A program made the position numbers and the translations under genes. Positions 30,143 to 39,792 of a DNA stretch of 64,000 bases are shown here, piece after piece. A model generated the notes under the pieces. That model did no database searches and was not told the origin of the DNA. It was given only the letters and a program-made list of their open reading frames with translations. This DNA comes from a virus: positions 47,108-111,107 of IMG/VR virus record IMGVR_UViG_3300042384_000288; one strand, given 5' to 3'. Position 1 is the first letter of the stretch; every line of letters begins with the position of its first letter.

Positions 30143-30313
30143 CTAGTCTGCCTCTTTAATAAAATGACCAGCAAAAACACTTCGCGTTGGAAGTTTTCCT
30201 TGAGACATTCGTTTAATAGTGTTATATACATTGGTAATACTAACATTAAATTCTCTGGCGATTTCTTTTAACCCAGCTATCTTTTTTGTTTCCCCGTTAG
30301 GATATGTTATTAT
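30143..30313 (-). pseudogene. Startless C-terminal fragment of a homing endonuclease (HTH/NUMOD1-like tail)
   Basis: Open frame IITYPNGETKKIAGLKEIAREFNVSITNVYNTIKRMSQGK...FIKEAD* filling the gap between the thyA stop and the next ATG. Confidence 0.55.
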
Positions 30314-31143
30314 ACCGCAAAAGGAAAATTTATGGTTGGATGTGATACATAATCGATAAGTTTTACATCGTCCATTGTAAATTTATCAATATCTTTGATA
30401 CCCGGATTAATCCATAATTTAGGTAAAGGTAATAGTTCTCTTGATAACTGTTCTTTAACTCCATCAATTTGATTAATGTAAATATGGGCATCACCCATAA
30501 CATGGATAAATTCTCCTACCTGTAATCCACAGATTTGAGCAATCATATGAGTGAGTATAGAATAACTTGCAATATTGAATGGAGCACCCAATGGCAAATC
30601 CACTGAGCGTTGGTACATCTGACAACTTAGTTTACCATCCGCACTTACGTAGAACTGTGCAAAACAATGGCATGGAGGCAGGGCCATTTGTTCTAACTCT
30701 GCTGGATTCCAAGCTGAGATGATATGTCTACGACCATACGGATCTCGTTTGATACCTTCTACTAGCTTTAGCAGTTGGTCAACGCCACCAAAGTCTCTCC
30801 ACTGTACACCATAGACACGACCCAAGTCACCTTGGAATTTAGCCTTAGGTAACCAATAAGACGCTAGGGCATTGTCAGTCCAGATAGTGCGTTTATCTTC
30901 TTCACTGCTGCCATGCAGTATTTCAGCTAATCTACGCTCATCACTGGATCCTTCTAAGAACCAAAGTAGTTCACTAAGACAGGCTTTGAACGCTAGTTTC
31001 TTAGTAGTAACTGCTGGAAAGCCCTCAGTTAGATCGTAGCGTTGTTGCATGCCAAAGACACCAATGGTGCCTGTGCCTGTACGATCATCACGTTGAACTC
31101 CGTGATCTAAAACATGTTGTAGTGCGGCGAGATAAGTTTTCAT
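30310..31143 (-). CDS. thyA: Thymidylate synthase
   Basis: DRTGTG, ELLWFL, GRVYGVQWR, MALPPCH, YQRSVD, FNIASY, GDAHIY. Confidence 0.97.
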   Translation of the reverse strand: MKTYLAALQHVLDHGVQRDDRTGTGTIGVFGMQQRYDLTEGFPAVTTKKLAFKACLSELLWFLEGSSDERRLAEILHGSSEEDKRTIWTDNALASYWLPKAKFQGDLGRVYGVQWRDFGGVDQLLKLVEGIKRDPYGRRHIISAWNPAELEQMALPPCHCFAQFYVSADGKLSCQMYQRSVDLPLGAPFNIASYSILTHMIAQICGLQVGEFIHVMGDAHIYINQIDGVKEQLSRELLPLPKLWINPGIKDIDKFTMDDVKLIDYVSHPTINFPFAV

Positions 31144-31149
31144 TGTATC

Positions 31150-31178
31150 ATTATAACAGAAATTAGTCTAAAGGTCAA
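31150..31178 (-). promoter_or_regulatory. Sigma70-type promoter, thyA likely leaderless
   Basis: TTGACC-17-TATAAT, then only 6 nt to the ATG. Confidence 0.7.
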
Positions 31179-31678
31179 CCGAAATAGAAAGTTTTATCCC
31201 AAGTTTCGTAGGTGCAGTTATCACCAGGTGTAACTGATTTAATTTGAAAACAGGCCAACATTTTGTCTAACTGTACTCGAGTATCAGTAAACCAAGCACC
31301 TTTGATACGTGTTAACAGCACACGTTCTACAATTGATTCTGTAGCTTCGTAGAGCTGTTGCCCACCAATTACATAAACATTTTTAGTGGGATTGTCTCGT
31401 TGTATCTGCAGAATGTTTGCTGTAGGTTCGCTAGGAATCCATTTGACCAAATGCTGATATCGTTTGTCGACATGTCGACTACTAACAACATAGTTAGCAC
31501 GATTAGGCAACGGTTTGGGCATTTTAGGATCATCCCAAGTATTGCGCCCCATAACTACTATTTGGTTAGTAGTATGACGGGCAAACCAACGCATGTCTTC
31601 TTGATTGTGCGGCCAAGGTAAAGTGCCTCTATTACCAATACCACCGGTATTGGTAGAAGCTAAAATAGATATAATCAT
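31175..31678 (-). CDS. folA: Dihydrofolate reductase
   Basis: GIGNRGTLPW...DMRWF, VVMGRNTW, PLPNR.NYVVS, VIGG. Confidence 0.95.
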   Translation of the reverse strand: MIISILASTNTGGIGNRGTLPWPHNQEDMRWFARHTTNQIVVMGRNTWDDPKMPKPLPNRANYVVSSRHVDKRYQHLVKWIPSEPTANILQIQRDNPTKNVYVIGGQQLYEATESIVERVLLTRIKGAWFTDTRVQLDKMLACFQIKSVTPGDNCTYETWDKTFYFG

Positions 31679-32025
31679 AGATCTTTAAGTGCCTTGTCTG
31701 TTTCGGGTTGTACAACATTAACCACCTTGTCGATGTCAATAAAGAAATCAACATTTTCGATGTATTGGTCGAGGTCGTAAAACTTAGCGTCAAGTAACTC
31801 TTCGATATCGTTGGGATCTTGGCCATCTTCAATTAATTGTTTAATATCGATATGCAGATCAGTACCATCTATTAGTTTTACAACTATCTGTTGTAACACG
31901 TTAACTGGCAATTCCTTCTTATCGACATCTCGGACTATGTCCTGCCATCGCTTTTTTAAATCGAGTTTTAGTTTCTTTGCTCGATTATTACGCGGTGGCT
32001 TTTTTGATTGCGGGTTTTCTGCCAT
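31675..32025 (-). CDS. Hypothetical protein
   Basis: 116 aa; ATGA overlap with DHFR. Confidence 0.7.
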   Translation of the reverse strand: MAENPQSKKPPRNNRAKKLKLDLKKRWQDIVRDVDKKELPVNVLQQIVVKLIDGTDLHIDIKQLIEDGQDPNDIEELLDAKFYDLDQYIENVDFFIDIDKVVNVVQPETDKALKDL

Positions 32026-32638
32026 TTGTTGTTTTCTTCGCCGGAGTTAGTGATTTAGCTTCTTCTTTTAAACGTTTGGCTTCTGCTAGTAAATTCTTAG
32101 CTTCTGTTTCCATACGGTTTGCTTGATCTAAACGTTGATTTGCTAAATCTGCATCTGATAAAGCTTCGTTACTTGTATTTACACTAGATGAAGAAGTTCT
32201 AGTAGGTTCGCCAACTTCACGACCTTCACTTAACACTCCTTTAACTCCGCGATTTGAATCAATGTCGGCCATACGCTGTTTAGCGTCTTCACCTGCTTCC
32301 ATCTCTTTAAGAATCTTGTTTAATTCGTCTAAACGAATAGTACTCTGTGAAGTTGGGGTAACAACAACTTGATTAGTTGGAACTTTCTTCAACCATCCTC
32401 CACGATGCAATGCTGTTAAACAATTCTGACCATCGCCCATGATAGTACGGAAAAGAGCATCTGCTAATTCTTTAGCATTTTGTCCTACTGCACTTTCTAA
32501 GCATTTCATTGCCTCGTCATGAATCATTTGTGGCAAACTATCTGTATAAACAATTAGCGCCATATGTTCTTCATCTGGAATGTACTTGTAGACGATAGCA
32601 ATCTTGCGTTGGTTATGTTTACCTACGTGTTTAATCAT
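31988..32638 (-). CDS. Hypothetical protein with C-terminal coiled coil
   Basis: Start revised to MIKHVGK, which has a GGAG SD. Confidence 0.7.
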   Translation of the reverse strand: MIKHVGKHNQRKIAIVYKYIPDEEHMALIVYTDSLPQMIHDEAMKCLESAVGQNAKELADALFRTIMGDGQNCLTALHRGGWLKKVPTNQVVVTPTSQSTIRLDELNKILKEMEAGEDAKQRMADIDSNRGVKGVLSEGREVGEPTRTSSSSVNTSNEALSDADLANQRLDQANRMETEAKNLLAEAKRLKEEAKSLTPAKKTTNGRKPAIKKATA

Positions 32639-32639
32639 T

Positions 32640-32885
32640 TTATTTCTCCGCGGCAGCGTCGGTTGGTTTAGTAATTGCACCAACGCTGTCTAAAAATGCA
32701 ATTAATTTATTATATAGTGCGCCAACGTTTTGTAGTTCTTCAGCACGATATGCGCCGCGTTGACTGGTTAGTTGAATAATCTGTGCTACTGAGATTAGGT
32801 CTTGAAGAGTAAGACTTGGTGCTGCTTCAGTTGTTTGTTGAGGCTGTGAGTCTGCCTGAACCTCTTCCATTTGTTTCTTGGCCAT
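32640..32885 (-). CDS. Hypothetical protein
   Basis: 81 aa with AAGGAG SD and an upstream TAAATA. Confidence 0.7.
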   Translation of the reverse strand: MAKKQMEEVQADSQPQQTTEAAPSLTLQDLISVAQIIQLTSQRGAYRAEELQNVGALYNKLIAFLDSVGAITKPTDAAAEK

Positions 32886-32947
32886 TATAAAAATTCTCCT
32901 TAGGGGACAATTCTATTTACCCATATATTAACCGATGGAAAAATTTC

Positions 32948-33241
32948 TTACCAAATGGCCTTTGGTTCGTTGATTTGCGTGAGGAACATAGAGAAGTAGG
33001 TAGCTTCACTGGCATGTTCAAATGCTACTACAGTCTGTCTAATAGTGGGCCTACTGTTAGATTGGGTAACATCAATTTGACCTATGTAGAAACGCCCTTG
33101 TAGGTTTTCATATATCCAGTCAGTGATGTCCTTTTCGCCAACTCGTAGGTCAAATCGCACTGATTCAAAGTGCAAGGGGCAGTGACTAAGCTGTCTGAGT
33201 CCGTGAATATTAAGCGGATTTGCTTCACCGTGTTTAAGCAT
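32948..33241 (-). CDS. Hypothetical protein
   Basis: 97 aa, TAATG-coupled. Confidence 0.65.
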   Translation of the reverse strand: MLKHGEANPLNIHGLRQLSHCPLHFESVRFDLRVGEKDITDWIYENLQGRFYIGQIDVTQSNSRPTIRQTVVAFEHASEATYFSMFLTQINEPKAIW

Positions 33242-33666
33242 TAAAACGGTATCTCTTCGTCGTACTCTTCACCTAATTGTGCTCGCCATTCGTTGACGTC
33301 TGTTGCGCCAATTATACCTTCAACTTTACGACCAGTTTTAATAGTACGCAGTAATTGTCGATTACGCTCGGCCTGTTCTTTTTCGCTACGTTTCTTATCA
33401 TTGCCAAGTTTAAGCATCTCTTCGTAGCCGCGAGCCCATTCAACGCCAGTTAACCAGGTATTGATCTCCTCAAGTGTACCTATAAAGATATCGGCATCAC
33501 GACTGTAGTGTGGTAAACAATCTTCCTTAGGTTTTAAACAGATATAACTTATAATGTTGTTAGCACCATAGTTATAATTAGCTGAAGAAGAAAACTTAAA
33601 CCCAAGCTCTTCTGCTCGAGCTTCTACACGTTTCATACGCTGTACATCATCCCAACCTAAGGTCAT
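33241..33666 (-). CDS. Hypothetical protein
   Basis: 141 aa, TAATG-coupled; acidic EEIPF tail. Confidence 0.65.
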   Translation of the reverse strand: MTLGWDDVQRMKRVEARAEELGFKFSSSANYNYGANNIISYICLKPKEDCLPHYSRDADIFIGTLEEINTWLTGVEWARGYEEMLKLGNDKKRSEKEQAERNRQLLRTIKTGRKVEGIIGATDVNEWRAQLGEEYDEEIPF

Positions 33667-34955
33667 TACGCATGTTCCTTACTTAGTTCATAATATGCAG
33701 TTTGCCCAAATGGTGCAGTAATATTAGTAGTACCGTGAATTACAAACAGTGTTTCACAGTAGTCCTCATCACCCCAACCGTTTCCTGGGTATCCATCTGT
33801 AAACATAACAAGGAATTTAGGAGCAATTTCATTAGCCTTCATGAATTCCCAGTTAGCTTCAAATGTAGTACCACCACCACCTTGTACGTCATAAGTGTCA
33901 ATGTCGTCAATGTTGTCTGGAGTAAATGTCGCCATGCCATACACATCTGTATCAAATGACCAAACACGTAGTTTGAAGTCATCAAATGCCTGCATAATAC
34001 CTTTGACTTCACTTAGAATATCACGCAACATACCTTCACTCATACTACCTGACGCATCAATACTCACACAAACATCAATGGTTTCTGCAAAGTTAGTACC
34101 TGGAAATACTGCATCCATGTGCCAGCTACGACGACTTGGCTTCATCCAAGTGTAATCACTTTTTACCAAACTTTGGATCTGTTGACGAATCAATTCGCGC
34201 CAGTTCATCTGTGGGTTAGTTAATGTATTAATCATACGTTTAACACCTGCTGGCAAGTTACCTGCACCTGCAGCCTCTGCCGCATGCAAGACAGCATTAC
34301 GTATTTCGTCACGTAATGCTTTCTTTTCTTCAGCAGTCATTTTACTAGGACGTCCGCTACCTTCGCCTTCTTTGTTACCATTTTTACCAGGACTATTGCC
34401 GCCCTCACTATCTCCATCATCTTCATCTGGGTCTAAGTGTTCATCTAGTAATTGCTTCATCAGCGCATCGATATCAATTTTGTCAGCATTAGCATACAAG
34501 TCGTCGTATACTTCTTCTGAGCTCCAACCGTCGTATTTCTTGTTGTATAGTCCAACTGGAATAAAGTCACCAATTTTTTGTTGTTTCAAATCACTATTCA
34601 CACAATAGTCTGCCGCCGCATTATATAGTCGCGCATCTCTATCACCACGACGTCCCATGTGATCGTAAACAACGTGCAGTACTTCATGCCCCATCAGGAA
34701 CTCAATTTGTTTCTGTGGTAGTTTATTAATAAATTCGCTGTTATAGTAAAAGCTTCTACCATCAGTAGCTGCTGTACCGCACCACTCATCTGCATTAACA
34801 AGTTTTAAACGTGTTGCTAAGTTACCAAAAAATGGCGCCTTAAGTAGTAGGGCAATACGTGCTGTAATAAGTTTTTCACGTACAGCTGCATCAGTACGTG
34901 CATCTGTTACAGTAACTACTTTTTTCTTTTCTGCACTAGTTGTTGCTGTTGCCAT
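33666..34955 (-). CDS. Metallopeptidase + VWA domain protein (DUF2201-type MoxR partner)
   Basis: TAATDG, HEVLH (HExxH), acidic linker, IDASGSM MIDAS, GGGGT, FTDGY. Confidence 0.85.
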   Translation of the reverse strand: MATATTSAEKKKVVTVTDARTDAAVREKLITARIALLLKAPFFGNLATRLKLVNADEWCGTAATDGRSFYYNSEFINKLPQKQIEFLMGHEVLHVVYDHMGRRGDRDARLYNAAADYCVNSDLKQQKIGDFIPVGLYNKKYDGWSSEEVYDDLYANADKIDIDALMKQLLDEHLDPDEDDGDSEGGNSPGKNGNKEGEGSGRPSKMTAEEKKALRDEIRNAVLHAAEAAGAGNLPAGVKRMINTLTNPQMNWRELIRQQIQSLVKSDYTWMKPSRRSWHMDAVFPGTNFAETIDVCVSIDASGSMSEGMLRDILSEVKGIMQAFDDFKLRVWSFDTDVYGMATFTPDNIDDIDTYDVQGGGGTTFEANWEFMKANEIAPKFLVMFTDGYPGNGWGDEDYCETLFVIHGTTNITAPFGQTAYYELSKEHA

Positions 34956-34986
34956 TTACTACTCCTAATCGTTTACTATAACAGCT

Positions 34987-35015
34987 ATTATACATTCAAA
35001 TGTGATGCTTGTCAA
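34987..35015 (-). promoter_or_regulatory. Sigma70-type promoter
   Basis: TTGACA-17-TATAAT. Confidence 0.75.
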
Positions 35016-35317
35016 GTTGAAAATTTCAGTGTAAAGAACGCCAGCGTCGCTTCATCTCTTACGTAAAGTTTTCTATTACCAAACTCTGTATTCCATGCCC
35101 ACTGACCACTAATACAATCTATAGGATCGGTATGAATCTTACCAAACCGCATAAAGGCCTCAATCTCGCAACTTGGACCAAATGATTCCCAGAACCAAAC
35201 TCGATGCTGTTGAAAGGTCAGACTTGCCCCATACTTACCAAAGTAGTCTATGACGTGAGTAAAGTATCCACTGCCATTATACCTTGCATCCATCTTCTTA
35301 ATTTTAAATTCTGCCAT
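35012..35317 (-). CDS. Hypothetical protein
   Basis: 101 aa ORF with its own consensus promoter. Confidence 0.65.
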   Translation of the reverse strand: MAEFKIKKMDARYNGSGYFTHVIDYFGKYGASLTFQQHRVWFWESFGPSCEIEAFMRFGKIHTDPIDCISGQWAWNTEFGNRKLYVRDEATLAFFTLKFST

Positions 35318-35343
35318 ATCGATACCATATTATTGTAAAGCAT

Positions 35344-35372
35344 ATTATAACATAGAAGTTTGGGGATGTCAA
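35344..35372 (-). promoter_or_regulatory. Sigma70-type promoter
   Basis: TTGACA-17-TATAAT with TG. Confidence 0.75.
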
Positions 35373-35383
35373 TTGGAGAAATG

Positions 35384-35459
35384 ATAAATAGATGTGTAGT
35401 CCACGATATCTCACTATCCGACTACTCTAACATAAAGGACTATGTCAGCAATGTATTTA
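35384..35459 (-). ncRNA. Candidate structured cis-antisense RNA/leader of homing endonuclease (copy B)
   Basis: On the minus strand: TAAATA, hairpins CTGACATA-GTCCTT-TATGTTAG and GTAGTCGGATA-GTGAGA-TATCGTGGACTAC, then TATTTAT; covaries with copy A. Confidence 0.6.
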
Positions 35460-36098
35460 ACCTCACCTACCTATGCTTATGTTTATAAGTGGACAGAATT
35501 ATCAACCGGACGTTGGTATATTGGCTCACGCACCAAGCACGGATGTAACCCCGCAGATGGCTATATTTGTAGTAGTCGCATAGTCAAACCTTTAATTGAA
35601 TCCAACCAAACCAATTGGATTCGAACTGTGCTGTGCATTGGCCACGCTGTTGATATGTTAGCATTAGAGACCGCATTACTAACGCTTGCAGACGCTAAAA
35701 ACGACCCTTTGAGCTACAATCAACACAATGGTGATGGCAAGTTTACTGGATTAAACAGACCTTGTATATTTAAAGGTAAGAAACTTGGACCACAGTCAGA
35801 TGAAGCAAAAATGAAACGCTCGATTGCTCACAAAGGAAGAGTTAAGTCCGAAGAACATAAACGAAGAATTAGCGAATCTAAAAAAGGAACTGCTCCTTGG
35901 AATAAAGGTACAACAGGGTTACAAGTTGCTCACAACAAAGGCACAAGAATGTCCGAGGAACAGAAGCAGAAAATTAGAGATACTAAAAAATTAAATCCTC
36001 GACCTGCTTGGAATAAGGGAATAGCATCTACTCCTGAAGCAGAAGCTAAACGATTGGCATCACGTGCTAAAAATCGCCAAAATAAAAGCGCCATTTAA
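35451..36098 (+). mobile_element. Free-standing GIY-YIG (Seg-like) homing endonuclease with NUMOD3 repeats
   Basis: YVYKW...WYIGSR, Y..SS, LE..L, YNQHNG; SEEHKRRISES and (P/A)WNKG repeats; start revised to MYLT by analogy with copy A. Confidence 0.8.
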
Positions 36099-36110
36099 GA
36101 CGCTTTTATT
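36081..36110. terminator. Bidirectional intrinsic terminator
   Basis: AATAAAAGCG-loop-CGCTTTTATT between convergent genes. Confidence 0.65.
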
Positions 36111-36136
36111 TATTTGCTACTTAAGAACTGGTCTTA

Positions 36137-37234
36137 TCACGCAACGGCCGCTACCACGTAACGACCAAAGCGTTTGTGGAACTCATCGAAGTTTTTCAAC
36201 TTGTTTGGTACAAACGGTAAGTTGTAAGTAGTAAGTGCAACACGTGCGCCCATGACAGTTACTTCAGTGGTAAAGTTATCCATCATAAACTTAAAGAAGT
36301 TATCCGCCATGTCGTGCCATTTAGCATTGTCTTCCTTGCCAAATTTAGCATAGGCATCTTGCAATTCATAACACATACTAATAGTCAAAGAATACATTGC
36401 TGAGATTTCTTTAATCTGCAATTCTTTAACCTTGCCAGCTAATACATCTTCTGGGTTAGGCAACTTGCTGGCAATTTTACGGTGTGCCATAAACTTAACA
36501 GCAGTACCGTCACCGATAGTACCTGCTACCAAATCAGTTACAGTGCTATCTGCCATACCATCGTCGAGCAAGCTACTTACAAAACTCCAGCTACGTGGGG
36601 TTGCAAAGCTACGACTTGAGCTCTTAGGATCAAAGTCATATAAGTCTTGTTTAGCAAATGAGATGTAACCAATTACGTCTTTGTGGATACGATTCTCGGT
36701 AGCCCACTGTAACCAACTCTCAAAGTCTGGACGCATTTCCAAATGCACAAATCTGTTAGCTAATGGCGCTGGCATTCTGTAAGTAACACCTTTGTCACCT
36801 TCTCTGTTACCTGCCGCAATAATTACCACATTATCAGGCAACACATACTTACCGATACGGCGGTTCAACACAAGTTGATAAGCCGCGGCCTGTACACTTG
36901 GAGCCGCCGAGTTCATCTCATCTAAAAATAGCGTTACCACAGGATACTTAGCCGCATCGGCTTCACTTGGCAAGTCAATTGGAGGCGCCCAATCCATCAA
37001 ACCTAAATCTTTATTGTAGTAAGGAATACCACGGATATCTGTCGGGTCCATCTGCGCCAAACGTAAGTCATACATACGCCCGCCCATTTCTTTAGTGATG
37101 CCTTCTACAAGTTCACTCTTACCAATACCTGGAGGGCCCCATAAGAACAAAGGACGTTTTTTATCAAAACAACGTAGTATTGCAGCTTTAGCTTCTAGTG
37201 CTGTTACTGTACGATTTTCTGTTACTGCTGCCAT
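36137..37234 (-). CDS. MoxR-like AAA+ ATPase
   Basis: WGPPGIGKS, DIRGIP, LFLDEMN, AAGNR, PLANRF, ATPRSW. Confidence 0.9.
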   Translation of the reverse strand: MAAVTENRTVTALEAKAAILRCFDKKRPLFLWGPPGIGKSELVEGITKEMGGRMYDLRLAQMDPTDIRGIPYYNKDLGLMDWAPPIDLPSEADAAKYPVVTLFLDEMNSAAPSVQAAAYQLVLNRRIGKYVLPDNVVIIAAGNREGDKGVTYRMPAPLANRFVHLEMRPDFESWLQWATENRIHKDVIGYISFAKQDLYDFDPKSSSRSFATPRSWSFVSSLLDDGMADSTVTDLVAGTIGDGTAVKFMAHRKIASKLPNPEDVLAGKVKELQIKEISAMYSLTISMCYELQDAYAKFGKEDNAKWHDMADNFFKFMMDNFTTEVTVMGARVALTTYNLPFVPNKLKNFDEFHKRFGRYVVAAVA

Positions 37235-37280
37235 AATCAACTCCTATCAATTAATAAACTTGCCTAACACAACAAAAACT

Positions 37281-37421
37281 ATTATACACTCTTTTACACT
37301 TTTGTCAAGTACTTTATGCAAAGCAAACACTTAATTTATAGAAATTTCAATAGGCATATTTTATCTGCGCTTTGTTGTTAATGTATGTAAACATTATACA
37401 GTCATTTTGCTAATTTGTCAA
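37281..37421 (-). promoter_or_regulatory. Two tandem sigma70-type promoters for the AAA ATPase
   Basis: TTGACA-16-TATAAT (37308-37281) and TTGACA-17-TATAAT (37421-37393). Confidence 0.7.
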
Positions 37422-37442
37422 TTGCTCAACTAAATAAGCTGT

Positions 37443-38561
37443 ATGAATGATATATTAATAGTAGAAATTTATAGTGCGTTAGTACTTTACGAAAAAATCG
37501 AATATGAAATTTTTGGTAATGAATTTTTGTACTGTTCAAAAGGGCTATTTGATGACTTTACTCAACTGCCCCAAGCTGATAAAAAAATTGCCGTACTTGG
37601 GGCAAATTATGTGTCTCATTCTTTTGATGTTGCACATGTTCCTGCGGTCGATTTGAGTATGTTTGATTTGTTGATAATTTTTGATCAAGAATTATTGCCC
37701 GGTGATACCCCTGAAGAGTATTTAGAATTGACTCGAGCTCGATTTTCTATCGATAATGTAGTTATCGTTACCGGAGCAATTAAACAAAATATAACGTTAA
37801 CTATTGATAAAATTTTTGTATTTCCGTTATTTCTAATAGAAGTATCATATTCTAATACATACACAGAAAATACAACAACGAAATCAAAATTATTTGACGC
37901 ACTATTGGGAATAGAAAAACCTCATCGAGCTAAGATATTTGAAAAATTATGCACAACTAACTTACTCGATAAATCATACGTATCATTAATTAATAACGAC
38001 TACAAAGGTAATATATCAACAATATATTATTCACCAGAATTGCAACAACTTGAACAGGCTGAAGCTGTCCGGGCCAAAGAACTCAATAGTGGAGTTTTTA
38101 ATTCGTACGAATATACACTTAGTCATCCTCGACTACCTCATATACGGTATCCAGTCTCTAGACAAATTCCTTCAAGTATCTATCAAAATAGTTACTATAG
38201 TATCGTAGCAGAAACCAACTGGAATCAGTATGTATTTTCTACTGAAAAAACAGTAAAACCACTGTTTGCTAGGCGATTATTTGTTATGTTCAGCGCACAG
38301 CACCATTTAAAACAACTACAAGAGTACGGATTTAAAACATTTAGTTCAGTAATCGATGAATCGTATGACAATGAAGTTGATGATGAATTGAGATGGGATA
38401 TGGCCTTTGATCAAATTATTGCATTGAGCAACATGGATCCAATTTGGGTGCAGGAAAAAATTAAAGATATACTAGAACATAATTATACTTTAATAAATGA
38501 TAGAGCAAGACTTATTGCGCCAATAAGGGATTGGTTATTACCTCACATAAAGGCTAGTTGA
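37443..38561 (+). CDS. Putative glycosyltransferase, (T/S)EK-PF family (isolated copy)
   Basis: IVAETN...STEKTVKPLFARRLFV...YGFKTFSSVIDESYD; preceded by TAAATA. Confidence 0.5.
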   Translation: MNDILIVEIYSALVLYEKIEYEIFGNEFLYCSKGLFDDFTQLPQADKKIAVLGANYVSHSFDVAHVPAVDLSMFDLLIIFDQELLPGDTPEEYLELTRARFSIDNVVIVTGAIKQNITLTIDKIFVFPLFLIEVSYSNTYTENTTTKSKLFDALLGIEKPHRAKIFEKLCTTNLLDKSYVSLINNDYKGNISTIYYSPELQQLEQAEAVRAKELNSGVFNSYEYTLSHPRLPHIRYPVSRQIPSSIYQNSYYSIVAETNWNQYVFSTEKTVKPLFARRLFVMFSAQHHLKQLQEYGFKTFSSVIDESYDNEVDDELRWDMAFDQIIALSNMDPIWVQEKIKDILEHNYTLINDRARLIAPIRDWLLPHIKAS

Positions 38562-38569
38562 TAAGTCAA

Positions 38570-38863
38570 CTAGTTTATCTGCATTAGCACTTGATATTGA
38601 CAGTTGCAGTTAGGGTCAAATACCCATTGATATTGATATAAAGGAGTTGCACCCGGAGGGCTGATAACTTTAGGTGGTTGATTGATAATTAGTGGACGTT
38701 GCTGTTGGCTTTTAATTACATACCCAATTACTCCGCCAACAATCATTGGCGTAACCCATTCGGCATTGTTTCGATAATATTCGTGGGCAGATGCTATTGA
38801 ACTAAACAACATAGTTGAAACAAAAAGTGCCGATACAATTTTCTTTTGACTTAATTTCCACAT
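38570..38863 (-). CDS. Hypothetical protein with signal-peptide-like N-terminus
   Basis: KKIVSALFVSTMLFSSIASA; consensus-like promoter at 38891-38919. Confidence 0.6.
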   Translation of the reverse strand: MWKLSQKKIVSALFVSTMLFSSIASAHEYYRNNAEWVTPMIVGGVIGYVIKSQQQRPLIINQPPKVISPPGATPLYQYQWVFDPNCNCQYQVLMQIN

Positions 38864-38899
38864 AGTTTTGCTCCTATTAATAATAACTACACTATAACA

Positions 38900-39244
38900 T
38901 CAAAGGCTTTGATTGTCAAGATATTTTTGTAGATCATTTGCATGAAGTGCTAACATTATAGCGTCACGCTCGCTAACAATATGTATAGTTTTAAGATTTT
39001 GCACGTAATATGGTTCTTTGAAATAACGTTCTAATTGAACCAAACATTTGGGACGGATGGCATGACTGAGGTTAAATTTGTGAAATTTAATTTGTTTTCG
39101 CACCTGCATATATGCATTTTGCGTCAATCGTAAACTGTTATGATTAGTTGGATTGTGCCACCAACTACTTGGACTAATTGAAAACGGACTTGTTTCGTGT
39201 AGTTTAGTCTGCCATTCTATCTGCAATCCAGTCCGGGTCAACAT
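38900..39244 (-). CDS. Hypothetical protein
   Basis: 114 aa ORF. Confidence 0.65.
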   Translation of the reverse strand: MLTRTGLQIEWQTKLHETSPFSISPSSWWHNPTNHNSLRLTQNAYMQVRKQIKFHKFNLSHAIRPKCLVQLERYFKEPYYVQNLKTIHIVSERDAIMLALHANDLQKYLDNQSL

Positions 39245-39246
39245 AG

Positions 39247-39534
39247 TTAAGGATATATCTGTTCGCCTGCTCTTAACAATACCACACTAAATTTGTCGCA
39301 TTTGAATAGAATATTAAGTTTTTTGGCCAAGTTAACAGCATGCCCGGGATTGCTGAATGAAACTTTCTTGTATTTGGGACCAGGATACGCTACTAAAATG
39401 TTTTGTGTTTTAAGATTAATGGGTTGTTGGTCGTAGTAAACAGCCCAGATGCCTTCACAGTCAAGGATCTGATCACTTTTATAGTTAGATTTATTAACGT
39501 GTTCTAACAGCACATTCGGCTTAGGTCTGCTCAT
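39247..39534 (-). CDS. Hypothetical phage protein
   Basis: MSRPKP...PGPKYKKVSFSNPGHA; ATAAATA late motif immediately upstream. Confidence 0.7.
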   Translation of the reverse strand: MSRPKPNVLLEHVNKSNYKSDQILDCEGIWAVYYDQQPINLKTQNILVAYPGPKYKKVSFSNPGHAVNLAKKLNILFKCDKFSVVLLRAGEQIYP

Positions 39535-39567
39535 AGTACATTTATTTATGCCAAATAACTGCGTATA

Positions 39568-39792
39568 TTACCTAAAGTCACCGCCATCCATTTGTACGCT
39601 GACAACATCCTGAGATTCTTGAACTTTTTTAATTTCTGCTAACTCCTGGATCTGTGCTAGCAATTCAAATATATCAGCTTGCAGATTCTGCGCATCTAAT
39701 TTACTTAACGTTAGCTCTTTGGCATTGGTTTGATTCATAACCTTAACACGATTATTAAACGCTTTAAGATGTAGACTTAGTTGTGATTCCAT
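39568..39792 (-). CDS. Hypothetical protein
   Basis: 74 aa ORF. Confidence 0.65.
   Translation of the reverse strand: MESQLSLHLKAFNNRVKVMNQTNAKELTLSKLDAQNLQADIFELLAQIQELAEIKKVQESQDVVSVQMDGGDFR

Noticed and set aside
30325-30331. A-AAT-TTT slippery heptamer near the thyA end that would fuse the downstream HTH fragment by -1 frameshift
   Set aside because: No convincing stimulatory structure, the heptamer is common in AT-rich DNA, and ThyA needs its free C-terminus; a relic is simpler.
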